A DNA stretch of 15,647 nt from a virus (taxonomy: Duplodnaviria > Heunggongvirae > Uroviricota > Caudoviricetes): IMG/VR virus record IMGVR_UViG_3300049988_000008, positions 1 through 15,647 of that record, one strand, 5' to 3'. The number at the start of each line of letters is the position of its first letter. Position 1 is the first letter of the stretch. The translations under genes were made by a program, and so were the position numbers. Shown here one piece after another: positions 14,534-15,647 of this stretch. Under the pieces are notes generated by a model. It was given only the letters and a program-made list of their open reading frames with translations. It made no database searches and was not told where the DNA came from.

Positions 14534-15226
14534 ATGCTCACAGCCGACGAATTTCGTGCAGCACTACCTGACAAGATGAAGAAGTCTGTTAGTCAGGACT
14601 TGATCGACAAGATCAACACTACGCTATCCAATCCAGAAGAGTTCGAGAACTACCGTAACAACCTGATCGGGTACACCCGTGTCATGCAGGATGGTAAGTT
14701 CAAGATCGAACAATACCTTGATGCAGTCCGCTATGTCAGCTTCAAGCTGCTTGGTGCGACCAACATCGAGGCTTACATGAAGACCTTCCCTGATAAGTAT
14801 CAGAAGTTCATTGATACCGGTGTCCAGGCTAAGGACATCGCTTCGTACGTCACTGCGTACAACAAGGGCAAGCTGGTCAACCTGATCTATGAGCAGACAC
14901 TGGTTCCTGTGCATGTGTTGAACATGGACATGTATCAACGTGCCTTGAATGAGCAGATGGTGTTGGGGTTGACTGCAAAGAGTGAGAAGGTGCGTGCAGA
15001 CGCACTGAACTCAGTCATGACGCAGCTCCGTCCACCTGAAGTCAAGAAGATCGAACTGGACATCAGCCACAAGGAAGATCAAACCATGAACGTATTGAAG
15101 AACACCATGATGGACTTGGTTGCAGAACAGCGTCGTGCTTTACAGAGTGGAGCCATGGACGCGCAACAGGTTGCGCATCAGCGGTTGCAGTTCACGGATG
15201 TTGAAGTGATTGAGATGAAACCATGA
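14534..15226 (+). CDS. gp69: N4 gp69-like conserved protein (possible terminase small subunit)
   Basis: 230-aa ORF upstream of the terminase, beginning MLTADEFRAALPDKMKKSVS; matches the recalled gp69 family and position. Confidence 0.85.
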   Translation: MLTADEFRAALPDKMKKSVSQDLIDKINTTLSNPEEFENYRNNLIGYTRVMQDGKFKIEQYLDAVRYVSFKLLGATNIEAYMKTFPDKYQKFIDTGVQAKDIASYVTAYNKGKLVNLIYEQTLVPVHVLNMDMYQRALNEQMVLGLTAKSEKVRADALNSVMTQLRPPEVKKIELDISHKEDQTMNVLKNTMMDLVAEQRRALQSGAMDAQQVAHQRLQFTDVEVIEMKP

Positions 15227-15390
15227 GCCGAACCATGCAAGGTTTTGTTATCTCAATGTTAATAGCTCTGGTCGTCGGATTGATCAACTGGTTTACGACT
15301 GGAATGTTTGTGGTTGGAGTTATCTCCTTTGCCATTGTAGGGGTGGCCATCCTTGGCCCCCTTATTCACTTGTGCCGGATGGTCAAATGA
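15223..15390 (+). CDS. Small two-TM membrane protein (55 aa, MSRTMQGFVISMLIALVVGLINWFTTGMFVVGVISFAIVGVAILGPLIHLCRMVK)
   Basis: Not in the track. ATGA overlaps with both the gp69 stop and the terminase start; almost entirely hydrophobic with a basic C-terminus. Confidence 0.75.
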   Translation: MSRTMQGFVISMLIALVVGLINWFTTGMFVVGVISFAIVGVAILGPLIHLCRMVK

Positions 15391-15647
15391 GTCATAGCAC
15401 TAAGATCGATCCAGTACAGGAAGCCATTGAATCAGTAGCGCCATGGACGGTCGAACAGTATCTCAATACAACCAATTACAAGGTTGATCCTCACTACGTC
15501 CCAAGTGACTTCGCACTTCTGTTCGTCAACTTCATCAAGATGGTCAATGGTGCAGAAGGTGAAGAGAACAAGACTCCGATGGTCCACTACAAGATGTTGG
15601 ATACCATCACGATGGGGGGTAAACGGATCATCAATCTATGTCATCGA
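15387..15647 (+). CDS. terL: Terminase large subunit (N4 gp68-like), N-terminal 87 codons
   Basis: YVPSDFALLFVNFIKMVNGAEGEENKTPMVHYKMLD...NLCHR is the characteristic N4-like TerL N-terminus, ending just before the Walker A; open to the window end. Confidence 0.9.
   Translation, partial: MSHSTKIDPVQEAIESVAPWTVEQYLNTTNYKVDPHYVPSDFALLFVNFIKMVNGAEGEENKTPMVHYKMLDTITMGGKRIINLCHR

Noticed and set aside
14389-14574. 61-aa minus-strand ORF in the terminal region
   Set aside because: It overlaps the gp69 start and putative late promoter, has no RBS, and lies upstream of the first early promoter.
1-15647. CRISPR array, rRNA, integrase/att site, reverse transcriptase or retron
   Set aside because: No regularly spaced repeats or diagnostic motifs were seen anywhere in the window.

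Overview
The window is a segment of a lytic N4-like podophage genome (Schitoviridae), shown reverse-complemented relative to the N4 map and apparently assembled across the genome ends. On the minus strand, from about 14175 down to 1, lie the early genes behind three template-strand hairpin promoters of the virion-RNAP type, then the two subunits of the heterodimeric RNA polymerase II (N4 gp15- and gp16-like), then middle genes. The middle genes include an HTH protein, a gp22-like HNH nuclease, a 690-aa YfaP/DUF2135-motif protein, a gp24-like MoxR-type AAA ATPase and a second, FtsH/CDC48-type AAA+ ATPase cut by the window edge. On the plus strand, from 14534, the late packaging cluster begins: a gp69-like gene, a small two-TM protein, and the start of the terminase large subunit. 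Four CDSs and the terminase start are missing from the ORF track and were translated by hand; seven start codons were moved to RBS-supported internal Met codons. Family assignments come from motif recognition and recalled gene order, not database searches. The most notable observations are a repeated GC-hairpin element after three stop codons, early promoters with apparently non-N4 spacing, three pairs of small paralogs, a bacterial-type YkgJ gene, and an unexplained 690-aa/140-aa/double-AAA module. No tRNA, rRNA, CRISPR array or integrase was seen.
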